64,000 nt of DNA from Haliotis rubra. Its lineage: Eukaryota. The DNA lies in contig NW_025767279.1 of the NCBI RefSeq assembly GCF_003918875.1, forward strand, positions 186,001 to 250,000. Reading direction: 5' to 3'. Below the pieces are notes generated by a model, which did not search any database, had not been told where the DNA came from, and saw nothing but the letters and a program-made list of their open reading frames with translations. Every line of letters starts with the position of its first letter. The stretch's first letter is position 1. Below are positions 12,685 through 26,141 of this stretch, piece by piece. The position numbers and the translations under genes were made by a program.

Positions 12685-13139
12685 CAGTAGTTAGCCATAA
12701 ATGAGTCATCATTTGTGAAATGTCCATAGACTTACATGTTAATTAACTGTTGCAAGACTAATTTTCATAAACTTAGTAGAAGTCATTTTATTTTGATGTT
12801 TTGCAAACATCTTGGAAATCAACTTCAGCTACGTGTACATAATTTTCTTTCATCTTTCCGTTGATTAGTTATACAACTTTTAATCTATCCCATAGACTGC
12901 CATGTTAAACCTGATTGGTATATCTAGTATATGTTGTTTAATAGCAATTTTCTTAATAATCATCGGAAAATTGAATGGAAATTATGTGTATGTTGCTGAA
13001 ATGATTTCCCAGCTGGTTATCTAGTATTCAAAGCAATTCAACCGAAACTAAATTTATGAAAATTATTGTTGCAAGGGTTAATTAACATGCAAGTCTATGG
13101 GAATTTCACTCATGATGACTCACTTATGGCCAACTACTG
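12685..13139. mobile_element. MITE, Tc1/mariner-like
   Basis: About 95-bp imperfect TIRs starting CAGTAGTT and ending AACTACTG; TA on both sides. Confidence 0.88.
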
Positions 13140-13864
13140 TAGGAAGTCAGGATCTGCTGCTTGTGCCCCATATGCCGTCGTACCCAAGCGTCTCCAGCGC
13201 CATATGCATGTACCGACATCGTCGACATACGCTACCAGCCCTACCACAGATGTCTCTGGAGTTCTTTGACGCTGCTGGATATTTGTATCCACCAGAGATG
13301 TAAACTAACTCAGTGGATGATGTAAACCAAAAGTAGTATTTCAGTAATTAAATGATATGTCTAGAGTTTGTGACCAAAGTATGGAACAATTGTTTGCATG
13401 TGGTGAAATCTTTGTAAACTTGTCAAAGAGTGTGTGAACAAAGTATTGAAGAAATGCAATGTGACAGAAGTACCGAAGAAATGTTTTATATATTTATACT
13501 TGTTATACTTGCTATACTTGTTATACTTGTCAAAGACTGTGTGGTTCTGGGTAGTGTTTAGTTCATGAAACATTTATGCAGTGGCAACGAGGTGGTGATG
13601 CCGTGTAGATGTTGGCGAGGTAAGAAAGTTGCAGGTGTTTAGAAGAGCGGTTGACGGGTGTACGCTTCAAGAGTCATCGAGTTCAAGTCAAGCAGCTGTT
13701 GTCATGTTGAGCCCGCAACGACGTAGGCAGAGACAACATTATCGCGAAGCCGTGAGAACAGGAACTAACTAAACCACGTCCCGGAGCTCAGTTAAACCAT
13801 CGTGATAAAGTAAACAGAAACAACTCCATTAACGAGATTGTCACTCACTCACTCACTCACTCAC

Positions 13865-16800
13865 TCGAAATTCCACAATTACAGTCAACGTGCCTGTGTG
13901 TTTCAGTACATTTCAGTGATACAAACCAGGCAGGAATTTACTCTGATATTGTTTTAAACTCAGTTACACGTGTGTTTATGTTTTTACATCCGGCGTCTGT
14001 CAAGCCAGAAACAGCTACGTGCAATTGTCATGGTGGAACGCCAGTGTGTCGCGAGCACTAATATGGTTCTACAGTCAGTAATAGCTGAAATAGTTACAAC
14101 ACCTTTATATTGAATATCCCTTATTGGTTGTAGGCACAAACGCCTCCAACCTTATAATCAGGCTGAATTTTCTCTCAGGTGACATTTCTCTCTCGGGTTT
14201 TCTATAAATCTCTGATTGAAACACATTCTGTGTGTTTGCTGATCAAAAACGTTAATAAATTCATATACTTTCAATTTAACAGTTTTACACGTAATAGAGC
14301 ACACTTGTACAACTTCAGTGCATAATTTCGATTGCAGAATCGGAAAATCCATTCCATTTTAGTAATACCCATTAGGTATTCCCAGATACACAGCGCTCCC
14401 ATACATGAGTTACATGGCGCTCACGTGCGTTACTGTTTTAGGGGGGGGAGATCCCCGACACTTCACAGGTCACGTGATTTAAAATGACCCCGCTGAGATG
14501 CTAGAAATCAACTGAGATGTTTGATGGCTTGCAAATATCAACCACTGGATACTTTGATAACTAAAATATGGCGTACAGAGAAGTCATTCATGTGAGTTTT
14601 CCGTGTGCAATAATCGTAACGGGTGCGCGAAAAGTGCGACAAAGGATTTCCTCCATTGCGGCCTATATAGGTGCTCTTAGCTAAGACATGGTTAGACATG
14701 ACAAAGACCTTTGATATGAAATGTCATATACCGGTGATGAGAGTACCGTATTTGCTATGCGAGTACCGATCACTGTTAGAAGCAACTCTATAATAGACGG
14801 AGGCATGGTCACTGTGGTGCTCTTGAAATCAGCTTTATCATCTCACGTCCGTCTCACCAGGGAGACTATAGGTTGTAGATTATCCATGGTCTCAATAAAT
14901 TTCTTAATTTACTCAGCAGCCTCCTACGTTGCCTTTTTTCAAGGCTTTTCTTGTTCTGTATCATTGTTCATGTATATGTTGTTAAACTGAAAGAGCGTAT
15001 TTTGTGTTTTACATGCAGTTTTTATGCCTCTCGTTTACTCTCGTGAAATTCCCCTGTTAAGTGCACAGTAAATTAGACAACTGGCTATAAACAGACAGTA
15101 GTTAAAGTCTGACATTTGAGATTTAATGTAGAGGTCACCATTTGCATACACTGATAATGTCATTGTGTTACCGTCCGTTTTGTTTGTTTGGCCCAACAGG
15201 AAACTCCCCGTTGTCATTTATTACCCGAGGATTCAATGGCATCGCGTTGGAAATAATAAATGTGATATCTCAACCTGCCTAACAGTCATAGAGCGGACTC
15301 TCTGAGCACGGCATTCTCCCTGGGTTTCAGCTGCCTGCGTTTTCATAGCTGCGCTTGTATTTTAGTAAACGTGGTCCATCAGAGAGATAAGCTGTGGACA
15401 AATGACATGGTATCCGGTGAAATCCGTTGAAATATTTATTCAATTCAAAAGAAAAAAACAAATACAATAAAACACACACAGAAAATAAGCTTCAATATAA
15501 TATTTATGTTAGCAGATTCAGAATGAAATTGTAATAAAGTGATGGTAGATTGTCAGCGGATTCCTGATGTTTATGTTCGTATTTTTAGATTACCTGTACA
15601 ATTCACATTGATACTTACACAATACGACATAACGGTAACCCACTGTTAATATCACAGAAACAGATGTAGTATTTTCATGCCATTTTACCAGTTTCCAGCA
15701 CTTCAAATAAGATATACACAGATACGTGAACAAAATCAAAAGAAGCAATGATAAGGTACATCGAAATAATACCAAATATAAAAAAAGTCCACAACTGTAC
15801 AAGAAGAACATCTTACCAACCCAAAGGTGATAAAGATAAATAGGCTTCATATATACCACCAGTGTACATGTGTGTACGGTGTCAAACTTGTACTTTCACA
15901 TACTAGTATATAGAAACTGTTCCACATTTGGAGGACAAGGGTTGCTTGACGAACCGGTGTATATAGACGATAATGTCATACTTCATATATCATTATCTGA
16001 ATCAAAATTGGGTAATACCTAAATTCTCCCTGAAATAAATAAATAAAACATCTAGAAATATATGGCAATTTGGAGCATTGGATATTTGTCCATCAGGTGT
16101 GTCGGTTTGTTCACGCTACCTGAACAGCACATAACGTGATCAACTATATTGTTCCTTCAATGACACTTGATGTAAGTGCCAATTCGATAAACTGCGCTTT
16201 AATTATCCTACAGGACGGTAGCACTATTTGTGAAAGATCCTGCACTCAAAGAACTTAATAACCCACCACCCACCCCCGAGTCACATACCTTACCTCTAAT
16301 GAAGAACTGTCAATTCAAACTGACGATATCATTACATTTCAAACAAAACAAAGGCGGTATGTTGGATTGATATCAAAAAGTGATTGACTCATTCCTAAAC
16401 ACACCGCCAATCAATATAAACGTACAATAACGCCCGAGTAAGAGCTCTTTTCCTTTTAACTTTTAATCATTAAGACATTTCCCTCACATCAATTCCTCGT
16501 TGACAAATAGATTTGCACTCTCCATAGACGGTGTAGGAGAGAGAGAGGCGAAATCTCCCAGCTGTAAGCAGCCACAATTGACAGAGTTAACATCAGTAGA
16601 AATCGAGCTCAACCCTTGCTGTCTCCCTGTTGCAGTGAAAACGATGGTGTTATCTGAAAACGACCGTGTAACAAGAGCGATGCGATATATTTTACTATAA
16701 AGGTACGGTGGAGCCTTACTTTACTTACTCTGTAATTAATGTTCATTAACTATTAGGCACGTGAAACACTTAGTAAAGGTGGGTCTCGACAATGATCGGT

Positions 16801-16990
16801 GACCGTCAGAGAGGAGCTAGTATACGAAAACGAACAATCCTGTATAACAACACGAGTTGTCCCTCGGCGGTCTTCTGAACAGCTTATGGAAGAGTTTGGT
16901 TCCTGACTTTGCAGTTGTGTGAAATGTGATCCGTATCAGTTTTGGGGAAGCATTCCTGCTGTGTGACTTATCCAATGTGATTAATATACA
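13865..16990 (+). repeat. Upstream block of the duplicated gene unit
   Basis: Paralogous segments at 27680-28800 (+), 58404-59480 (-), 54560-54960 (-), 53480-53940 (-) and 33800-34200 (-). Confidence 0.8.
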
Positions 16991-17319
16991 ATGCTATTTA
17001 GAAAGTGGTCACATTGTGACAGTTCACAGTTTGTGACTAAATATTATATATTTGTATATATTTCTGTATCTGTATAGTTTGTATATACTTGCCACACACT
17101 TCACTTTCATTGTCATTTCTTTTTTATTACTGCTGTCATATATGGGATCATTGTACGATTGAACAGGCGATTTTACTTCGAAATTTACATTTAGACGCCT
17201 TACATTTAGACGCATTTAGACTGGTGCCCTAGACTGCGGTGCGGTCCGTGGCACTAGTCACGATAAAATATACAGGGAAACTAATTATAGCACACTGAAA
17301 GAAAGACGACATCGCTCTA

Positions 17320-18185
17320 AACTCATAACTTTCTATAAAATGTATCATCTTTTGCCTCCTGATTATCTGAACGATCTTGTACCAGGTAGAGTATTTCAAC
17401 AAAGCAACTATAATCTTAGAGATAGTACTTCCATTCAAACTATTAATTGTAGAACGCAAAGATATTCTCAATCATTTTTACCGAGCGCGATTATGTCGTG
17501 GAATTTATTGCCCGATGAAGCTGTTAACGCTAATTCCCTGAATCAATTTAAAACCATGATAAACCCAACAGAAACTCACAATTACTTTGATTTGAATTTT
17601 GGAACTAGATTTTGTCAAATCATTCATTGTCGCCTCAAGCTCGCCTGTAGTGATCTAAACGCAGACAGACATAATAGACATATATCGGACACACCCAGGT
17701 GCTCATGTGGTTATTATAACGAAGACGTTATTCACTACCTTTTTACATGTCGGAACTATCAAAATTTAAGAACAAGTGTGCATTTTTATATTCAAGGATA
17801 CGATGTTACAACTACTGTATAGGGTAACGGCGCATTGAATAACTCAACTAATAGTGATATTCTTAACTCATTACACCAGTTCATTTGTAAAAGTAACCGC
17901 TTCCAGTGATTATCCCCTCAACATATATATTCAGTGTAAGACAAATTTATATAACGTGATTTTCTGCGGCAGCCCATTTCGTTGCTAGGCATAACCAACA
18001 CGACAACGAACATATTTGTTACTCAAACATATATCTGTTATTGTATTTTCTATTGTTGTCAAATTATTTCATTTATGTATCCAGCTATTTGAACAATGTA
18101 CTGGAGCGGCGGTTATATATGCCACTATGCTTGTTCGCCTATCCTGCAGGTTTCTGCTTTGGCGAAATAAAAATATGTTTACACC
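17320..18185 (+). mobile_element. CR1-like LINE 3' end with UTR
   Basis: NYNLRD...RTQRYSQSFLPSAI.SWNLLP, CSCG..NED..HYLF.C, then a 3' UTR ending AATAAAAATATGTTT. A related UTR-only insert lies at 19470-19672. Confidence 0.85.
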
Positions 18186-18509
18186 ACGTTCATTATTGAG
18201 CGTTTCTAATATTGAAATAGCACTTTAGTTATCCTTGATGTCATAGGTCAAGCTGATGTAACGCACTTTGTACAGATAATTAACATCAACCATATACTTC
18301 AAACTCAAGCTATTGTTTCATGCACCAGTAAATGTACTTAATGACCATTGTATAGGCAGCCAGACTGTAATAACACAATTACCATTGTGTCACGGTTTTA
18401 TGACACCAGCTCTTAAAACTAATACGACATCCGGACTAGAGCTGTAAAAACAAAGTGAAATAAACTAAGTAATAATAAAGTAAAAGTTGTTAAGCGGATC
18501 TCATAATCG

Positions 18510-18757
18510 TGTCACGTGTCTACCCCTCCAAAAACTCATTTCGGTTTGTCCAAACAGTTACAGTTGGTAACAATACCTCTTCTAAGACAAAGTATATGTT
18601 TTGGCCAATCGCAAAAGAATTCCAGCATTGATCATTGATGTTTCGACTTTAGTTAGACTATAAAAAGAGGTCAGTGAATTCCAATCAACACAATGTCGAA
18701 ACATTTCTTTGACAGATCATTTGACTGTCGGAATTCTCCATTCTATTTTAGGTAAGC
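18510..18757 (+). promoter_or_regulatory. Candidate Pol II promoter and non-coding first exon (copy 2 unit)
   Basis: GTCACGTG near 18512, CCAAT 18605-18609, TATAAAA 18659-18665, donor AG|GTAAG at 18752; paralog of 3285-3552. Confidence 0.5.
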
Positions 18758-18879
18758 TCTCTTGTACAACTCTATTCATTATAGATAATGTCATGACTGA
18801 AGTGTATTATATATGAATCGAAATCGGCAATATCATGCATATAGTGTAATTGCATGCACATTGTCATGCATAATATATA

Positions 18880-19360
18880 TAGGCTATTTATATAGTGCAC
18901 ATATCCACGCAACTAGTACATGGTTTAGGCACTGGTATTTTTTCCCTCGATCATTGGATGTCAATCTCAACGGCACATCTTATTATCAATCTCAACTCCC
19001 TTGGGAGTATACAACTCTTGCAGCCACTAAGCGCACCGAGTTATTGCGGCTTCATCCTTACGAGGTACCCATTCACAGCTGGGTGGACTGGAACACGTAG
19101 TCACAGTACTTTGTCCAAGTTTACTGCACGTTGCTGTACCCGCAACTCGATGTTTGCAAGCATTCATGTGACCACCATCTGGTCATATACCAACGGATTC
19201 GTGGATTCTTTTACGTGCACAGTATTGGGTACTGTACACTAGGGGCTGTGACAACACGGAAAGAGTCTGCACACAAAGTTGACTCCAAGGTTTTTTACAC
19301 CCGGTCACAGATTGGCTCGATCCCGGCACCTTAACCTCGCTGGATCAGTAGCTTGGCGTT
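18880..19360 (-). mobile_element. SINE fragments with a conserved central domain (Nin/Deu-like)
   Basis: Insertion relative to the copy 1 unit; reverse strand contains GTCCACCCAGCTGTGAATGGGTACC. Confidence 0.55.
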
Positions 19361-20640
19361 ATCTCAGTCGTTATTGAATATGTAAGTGAATTAGATATGC
19401 TGTCATTGTAAGTTGTGCCTATGTTGCACCCATGCATGGACCCATTAAATGTACTGTACATCATTAATATGCTGTATTTGTGGCTGTGTGGATGTTCATA
19501 TTCATGTATATTGTATGCTTATTGTTATTTATGATACCATGTATTTTTGTAATATTGTTATGAAATGTAAGTCGCATAAATGTTGTTTTGTCTGGAGAGG
19601 CATTAATATAAGCGTTTTGCTTGTTTGCCGATCCAGCTTCTGAACAATGTATCAGAATAAATATGTTTAAACCATTAACATGCTGATAGTGAACTAATAT
19701 ATATAATTGGTTCAAAGGCAAATATCGTTTTATCGATTTATATTACGACAGCTGAGATGAGCAAATATAATCTATATATGATTTATATGAGAACTGCTGG
19801 GGTATAATTGCGATATGTGTTAAAATGATTATTATGCGATGTTAGGTTGATAGAAGAAATATGATTATTATTGCTGTGCTTACAAGCTCTACCGTTTGAG
19901 ATGCTGATTCCCCATCGAAATATGTACATAAGCTTATTGTTTGAAGATTTTATATACATATATATACATGTATAACACACTTGATCCCACAATAGATATT
20001 TAAACCTCTCTGTGGATGATCATTGACTTACGGAATTCTCCCTTCTATTTTAAGGATTATAACTTGTTATCCCATAACAAGCCGGGTAACAAATGTGACA
20101 AATATTATATTTCGAGTACACTTTTTTCATAACTTCTTTGAGTGGCATGTTTAGAATCAGATAAGGACAAACTCTATGGATGAACAACGTCTTTATTCGC
20201 ATCATACGAAGGAAGAAGTTGTTCATCCATAATGTTTGTCCTTATCTACACTTTCTCGGTACTGCACATATTCTAGTACTGTTGTTAGGCTGAGTTCCAT
20301 CCGGGTTTCGGACCCTCACACTCAGAATCAGGCACCTGATCGACAGCACACAAAGTCAGCGACCTAACCCCCTCAGCCATCGTCGTTAAATCGCTGACTT
20401 GAACTTTTTAATTGCTGAGGGCATGTGGGGGTCTATGGGAAGACTCTTTTTCTCATTTTGTCTACAATTGTCTGTTTCGGCCCGAATAGGCTACTGGGGT
20501 CATTTAAGCCGAAACTGATTTTCAAATTCAGCATTTAGGGGTGGTGATCGCATAGTAGTCAAAAACAGCTAAATGCGTATATATATATATGCGTATATAT
20601 ATATCAGCAATCGAAATGAAATCAGTTTTGTTCATAAACA

Positions 20641-22160
20641 TTTTAATAAATATCATTGTTCAATACATATACTAGCCACATAAAGAAACTGTGCATTGTC
20701 AAAATATTATCCCAGTTGATAAGTACGATAACAATGTCAAAGGTACATATAAACTTTAATGGAGGGATCATGAGACCATAACAAGTCGGGAGAATTTCAA
20801 TTGAAAAGTCAATCACAATGACGTCACGAGTCCACAAGCAGGACGGGGGTCAAACGACCATGTCACAAGCTCAATAACGGGTGTGTCCACCATCGGCATT
20901 GAGAAAAGCAGTGCATCGACGACGCATAGAGCCTATCAAACGTGCATGGAAGGTTTGCGGGATGTCACGCCAGATTCTCTCAAGTTCTGTTGCAAGGTCA
21001 AGGACGTTATCTGGCGGATGAGGAAGACGGCGTAGACGTCGATCCATCTCGTCCCAAACATGCTCTATCGGGGAGAGATCCGGTGAATCAAGGCAGTAAG
21101 TCAACGTTGTGGTGTTGCAAGAAATCCATAGCAACCCTTGCCGTATGAGGGCGGGCATTGTCCTGTTGGAATGTTAACCCAGGGCCATGACGTTGCAGAA
21201 AAGGAAATGCCACAGGTCGAAGAATCTGATCCCTGTAGCCCACAGCAGTTAAGTTGCCCTGAACAATCACCAAAGGAGTTCTTTGGCGTGCTGTTATTCC
21301 ACCCGAAATCATCACGGAACCACCACCAAAGCGATTCCTCTCCAAGACACAGGCCTGTGCATAACGTTCTCCTACGCGTCTATAGGCACGTTGACGTCCA
21401 TCACTATGGGAAATGTTAAACCTGGACTCATCTGTAAAAAACAACATTTCTCCACCAAAACAAGGATCTGCGGACATGATTTCGGCACCACATTCGGCGA
21501 GCTTGTCGATGACGTTGTGTCAGGATAGGCCGTATGGCGGGACGTCGTGGTGTGATCCCGTGATGACGTAAACGTTGTCGACCTGTGTTGGGGTGGATAC
21601 GGCGAAGTTCTGGGATGGTTCGGGCAGTCATCACTGCAGTCTGAAACCTGTGGCGAAGATGGGTCACCCTTATCCATATGTCCTGTCTTGGCGTTGTTAC
21701 ACGTGGACGTCCAGAACATAGCCGATCGATGACGTCATTTGTGTTCTGGTAGCGTCTCACCAGTGCAGAAATGGTGTTCCGGTGGCAGTGGAAATGTGCA
21801 GACATTCCCCCACGGACCATCCCAATGGCCTCATGACGTTGTGAAGACGTGAGCCTTGGCATGCTATGCGTTTCAATAGCCGTTTAATTTTTTGAACGAT
21901 CGCAAGGCAGGGGTTGAGCTTTCCAAAGTGACAGTATTGTGTGGCATTCATTTGCTCTGTTTCTCTTTCCCGGAATGCACGTGCAACAGCGTATTGCACG
22001 TCTCAAGGACGAACCCACTGACGTCACGGAACGTGGCACGTGCATGCATGTTGGATACATGTCACTAATCTCTGAGTTTAAATCCTTATGTGTTTACACA
22101 GGTTTGATAAATTTAGACTTTAAATTTTTGTATGCACAGTTTCTTTATGAGCCTAGTATA
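20641..22160 (-). mobile_element. Tc1-family DNA transposon, frameshifted DD34E-type transposase (20871-21862), one TIR lost
   Basis: MPRL..HTH start, SGRPRVTT, FTDESRF, QQDNARPH, SPDLSPIEHVWD, GGHTRY*; right end ...AGTA-TA. Empty site in copy 1 near 5420-5440. Confidence 0.92.
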
Positions 22161-22735
22161 TTTTACTATTAATATAATTTGACAAAGTGGTTGTAGTTTC
22201 TGTGGAACTATTATTGTATTTATATATTTCTTCCGTATACACTGAAGTTGTGGTTGCATTTAGGTGTAAATATGACTTATTTATCATGAAGATCACGAAG
22301 TTGTAAGTACTACATGTATCATCGTATGTTGTATAACTGTTCCAGATTTGACTCATAATCCTCCCTTGGTGGTACGTTTATATGTACTCAATCTTCTGTT
22401 TTATTAATTAAGAAAACTTGGACTCACCCCTGAAATCCCACTCTTCTCAGTTCCATTACAAATATGGATCCCTTGGACCAGATGAGAAGACTTACCTGGT
22501 CAAAACATATTCTCTTAATCAACCACGTGCGTTCGACGTCGACGTCGTCGTATAGATCTGCAACACTGCATATTTACAATAGTGCACGCTTCCACCAAGT
22601 CATTAGCTCTGAATTCATGCTGTTGTTTAAACAACCAACACATACCTTCTAATCAAATATCACAATCCCATTTGTTATGCAACTTTAACGATATCTCGTA
22701 TTTGTTTAGTCGATAATCGACCACATCAAGTCAGT

Positions 22736-22916
22736 TAGTCTGTCATACCAACTAAGAAAGCCCATGCAAGTCTAGAAAATGTGGCAAGTCTAGATTTCCA
22801 CAGTTTCTGAAAATGAAGAAAGTCTCTGGGCTCCTTTTTATTCTGTTTATAATTGTAATTTAAGAACTTTTATTTTCTGTAAAATATGTTCATTTCAGAG
22901 TCTAGCTGTCAGTCTA
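22736..22916. mobile_element. Small MITE with 9-bp TSD
   Basis: CAAGTCAGT duplicated on both sides; imperfect TIR TAG(T/A)CTG(T/A)CA; empty in copies 1 and 4. Confidence 0.7.
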
Positions 22917-23430
22917 CAAGTCAGTAAACTGCTTCACAAATGTGATATGCTTGTTATAAATTTATCAGAATGTTTGAGAGCTGTAACAAACGGAAGAAAT
23001 AAGTTCAGATTCATTAGCGCGTGTAAGAACATGCGTGAACATGCAATGAGGCTGTACTTACTTGATTATTTCATTTTCCGATTTTGTTTTCAATTTTCAG
23101 GTTCAGAATTGCCAGCCTTGGACCAAAGGAATATCATAGAATGTACGTGTATAACTAATTCGAAATTAGTTTCTCGGACTCAGTACATTGAATGGTTTGA
23201 AGTCTTGATGAAAACCGGATGATCAAAACACAGTACTATCTTCCGATGTCTTCGTAGAAGAAGGTCCCGAACCTGATACAGAGTACTGGAAAGCGATCGA
23301 ACGCTTAAAGGTCATGTAACAGCATTTATGTTGTTATCTGATTTGACATAGTCCGTGTTTATTTTTTTCTCCAATATTCAGTTTGTCAAACTCAACTTTT
23401 CCGATATTAGAGTGAAATTCATGATTAGCC

Positions 23431-24350
23431 ATGTGGCTGGGGGGATTGTTTTGCGAGATGTTGTGGAGCCTTGAATGGCATCCCAGCTCGGATCCTTTGC
23501 ATTCTGCTTCTACTCACACAAGGAGGTATTCTGGATTATTTCCTGGCCAAACATCAGACGTGGGCATGGATAGCGTTCGATCTTGTCAACGTCGGCCTCT
23601 TCATCGCCTCCTTCGTCATATCACGACGACACCTTGCACTACAGAAAGCCGGTGATGAGAAAACTAAAGCATTCACACTGGGTTGGTTGGCATGGCTTGT
23701 GTACTCGGTAAGCCTAGTAGCAAGGATGGCCATAGCTTTCAACAAATTCTCCTTTAAGTTAAGCGAAGACACATTCTTTGGCCCCAATACATTAAAGACG
23801 TCTCTAGCCTGTGCGTCGTGTGTATTCGTCTTGCTGTTGACATCTCACCATGACGCTCCTGCTGCTAGCGAACGCAGGCGATACATTGAAGAGCTAACTG
23901 GAACCGTTGTCTTCGACGTCTTGGGGACAAGGGACATGTTCCTCCCGGGACTTCAGGAAGCTGTTTTAGTGGTGGCGGGTCTCAATCTCATTATTCCAAC
24001 AGTGCCCCTTATCACACTCAACCTAACCAAATTTGGGTACAAGAAGATGCCGAAACGTCTTGTAGCGCTACACAAGTTACTTGTGGTGCTGGTGGTGAAT
24101 GTTCCCAATCTGATTGTAAGGTTAGTTCTCTGGCATGGCTTCAGTGTTGGAATCTCCCCCCTTTATGCTCAAAAACCTCATCCTCATATGCATTGTCATG
24201 TTCGAGTTTTACGAGCACAAGAAGATGAAATATGAGAAACACGCTGAGGCGATTGAAATGAGAAAGAAAGATTCGCTGCTCACTGCCAATCCTGCTGCTG
24301 TAAATAGACAAAGTGATATAACAGAATTCTCGATGCAAGAACGAATATAA
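23431..24350 (+). pseudogene. TMEM121/CECR6-family probable pseudogene (copy 2)
   Basis: Extra G in the G-run after ATG 23431 and extra C near 24156; in-frame deletions of 3 and about 12-13 codons, the latter removing the conserved DTVDVLE motif; ends FSMQERI*. Confidence 0.85.
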
Positions 24351-25792
24351 ATCTAATATGGCATAACACATGACTGTATGAAGTCGCCGTGAAGAATCCT
24401 ATCCAATACCAGTGCCATTATGTCTTTCGTACACCGAATGACACAAGACGCTGGCAGCCACATTCGTGAACATCTCGTGCTAGTCCGTGTCAAGCCGAAT
24501 GTAGGTTACGGAACAAGGCGAGTAGTGACGAATGTCACAGTCAGTCAAGTATTAGTGATGTAATCTGCTTGTCATATGACTTAGTGGCTATATCTAGGGG
24601 TCCAGGGTATTTATCGCAACAGTATTTAGATATAACTTACCATGTGTAGATTTAGGTTTTATATTTGTTTTCAGAGGTAGATTTACAATGGTGATTAGTC
24701 TGATTTGCATATCTGCTTCACAACTATCTGGTGCAATCACTGCATATGTGCAACTGTACTTTTATGGCAGTTAGAAATATCATACAATTCATAAACCATA
24801 AATTCTACATGTTTTGTTTGTTTCATTAATGGGACAAAGTATGACCACCACATTTAACCGTATTACCTTCCACCATTACTTCCGTGTTACACGTGTGCCA
24901 ATTATAAGATGCTCTTTCATGCGTTTTGTTGTTGTTGTTTTGTGGGTTTGTTTTAGCTTACGAATTGTAGCCCTACAAAAGCAGGCCAACAATCATCCTT
25001 TCATTCTTCTTTTTATTATATCACGAAAAGCGTGGAATATATAATGGAGGACCAATATTTACACTTTCTACAACGTTTACATTTCGAAACAAATTGTATC
25101 AATTGTATACATTTAAGAGCAATTGAAAGCATTTTCACTTTCTGAAGTACAATCTCATGAATGGATGTCACGGAAACTAACCAAAGCATTATCTGATTTG
25201 TACATGAAATCGATCTGATTTTAACTCGAAAATGGTCTGATCTTCACATAAAACGATCTGATTTCAGCGAGGTAGATCCTGAAGCCTAGTATGAAGAATA
25301 TTTTTCTGTCACCTTTTCTTGGCCGAGACGTCACGTAGATATTTATGTAACATGCGTATGTTATGTAATGTTATACAGTGGAAACTCGATTTAATTTTAC
25401 GTGACTCGCCAAAATTGTTTACTTATCAGGTATTTTACTTATCCAAACTTATCGAAACCTGCAAATGACAACCATTTGCATGTATATGTATACAGCAGAA
25501 TAACAGACAACATTTGTAAGTAATATAACATGTTTTATTCTATAAAATTTCATTGAGTTAAGTAATACATTTATAATACAAAGTAATAAAAATGAAACGG
25601 AATCAAACAAAATATTTCCAATAGATTTCCAAAATATGTTATATTTAGAAACATCTATATTTCAGATATATTTTATTCACAAGGAAATAGATTTAGCTTT
25701 TGCTATCTATGTATATGTAGAGAGAGGTGTAGACTGAAACTCTGAATAAACTTCAGGTTGTAGTATGGATTGTGTTTATTGTCTTTACGTGA

Positions 25793-25921
25793 NNNNNNNN
25801 NNNNNNNNNNNNNNNNNNNNNNNNNNNNNNNNNNNNNNNNNNNNNNNNNNNNNNNNNNNNNNNNNNNNNNNNNNNNNNNNNNNNNNNNNNNNNNNNNNNN
25901 NNNNNNNNNNNNNNNNNNNNN
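25793..25921. other. Assembly gap
   Basis: Run of N. Confidence 1.
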
Positions 25922-26141
25922 TTGTTGTTTAACGCGGCACTCATCAATATTCCAGCTATATGACGGCTGTCTGTATATAAACGAGTCTGGACCAGACAAT
26001 CCAGAGATCAACATCATGAGCATCTATATACGCAGCTGAGATTCCATGGCATGTGTGAGCGAAGCCAGTTGGCCTAACAATCCACTCCTATTAGTCACCT
26101 GGGTTGCTGAAGACCAATTCTTACCCATATCTTCACGGGTA
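25922..26141 (-). mobile_element. Family B SINE
   Basis: Reverse complement begins ACCCGTGAAGAT; same body as the other copies. Confidence 0.8.

Noticed and set aside
16500-16700. Recurrent short ORF EAKSPSCKQPQLTELT (also 34021-34203)
   Set aside because: Part of the duplicated non-coding flank; starts, ends and frames are not conserved.
25703-26039. ORFs containing X runs
   Set aside because: Artefacts of translating across the N-gap and a SINE.
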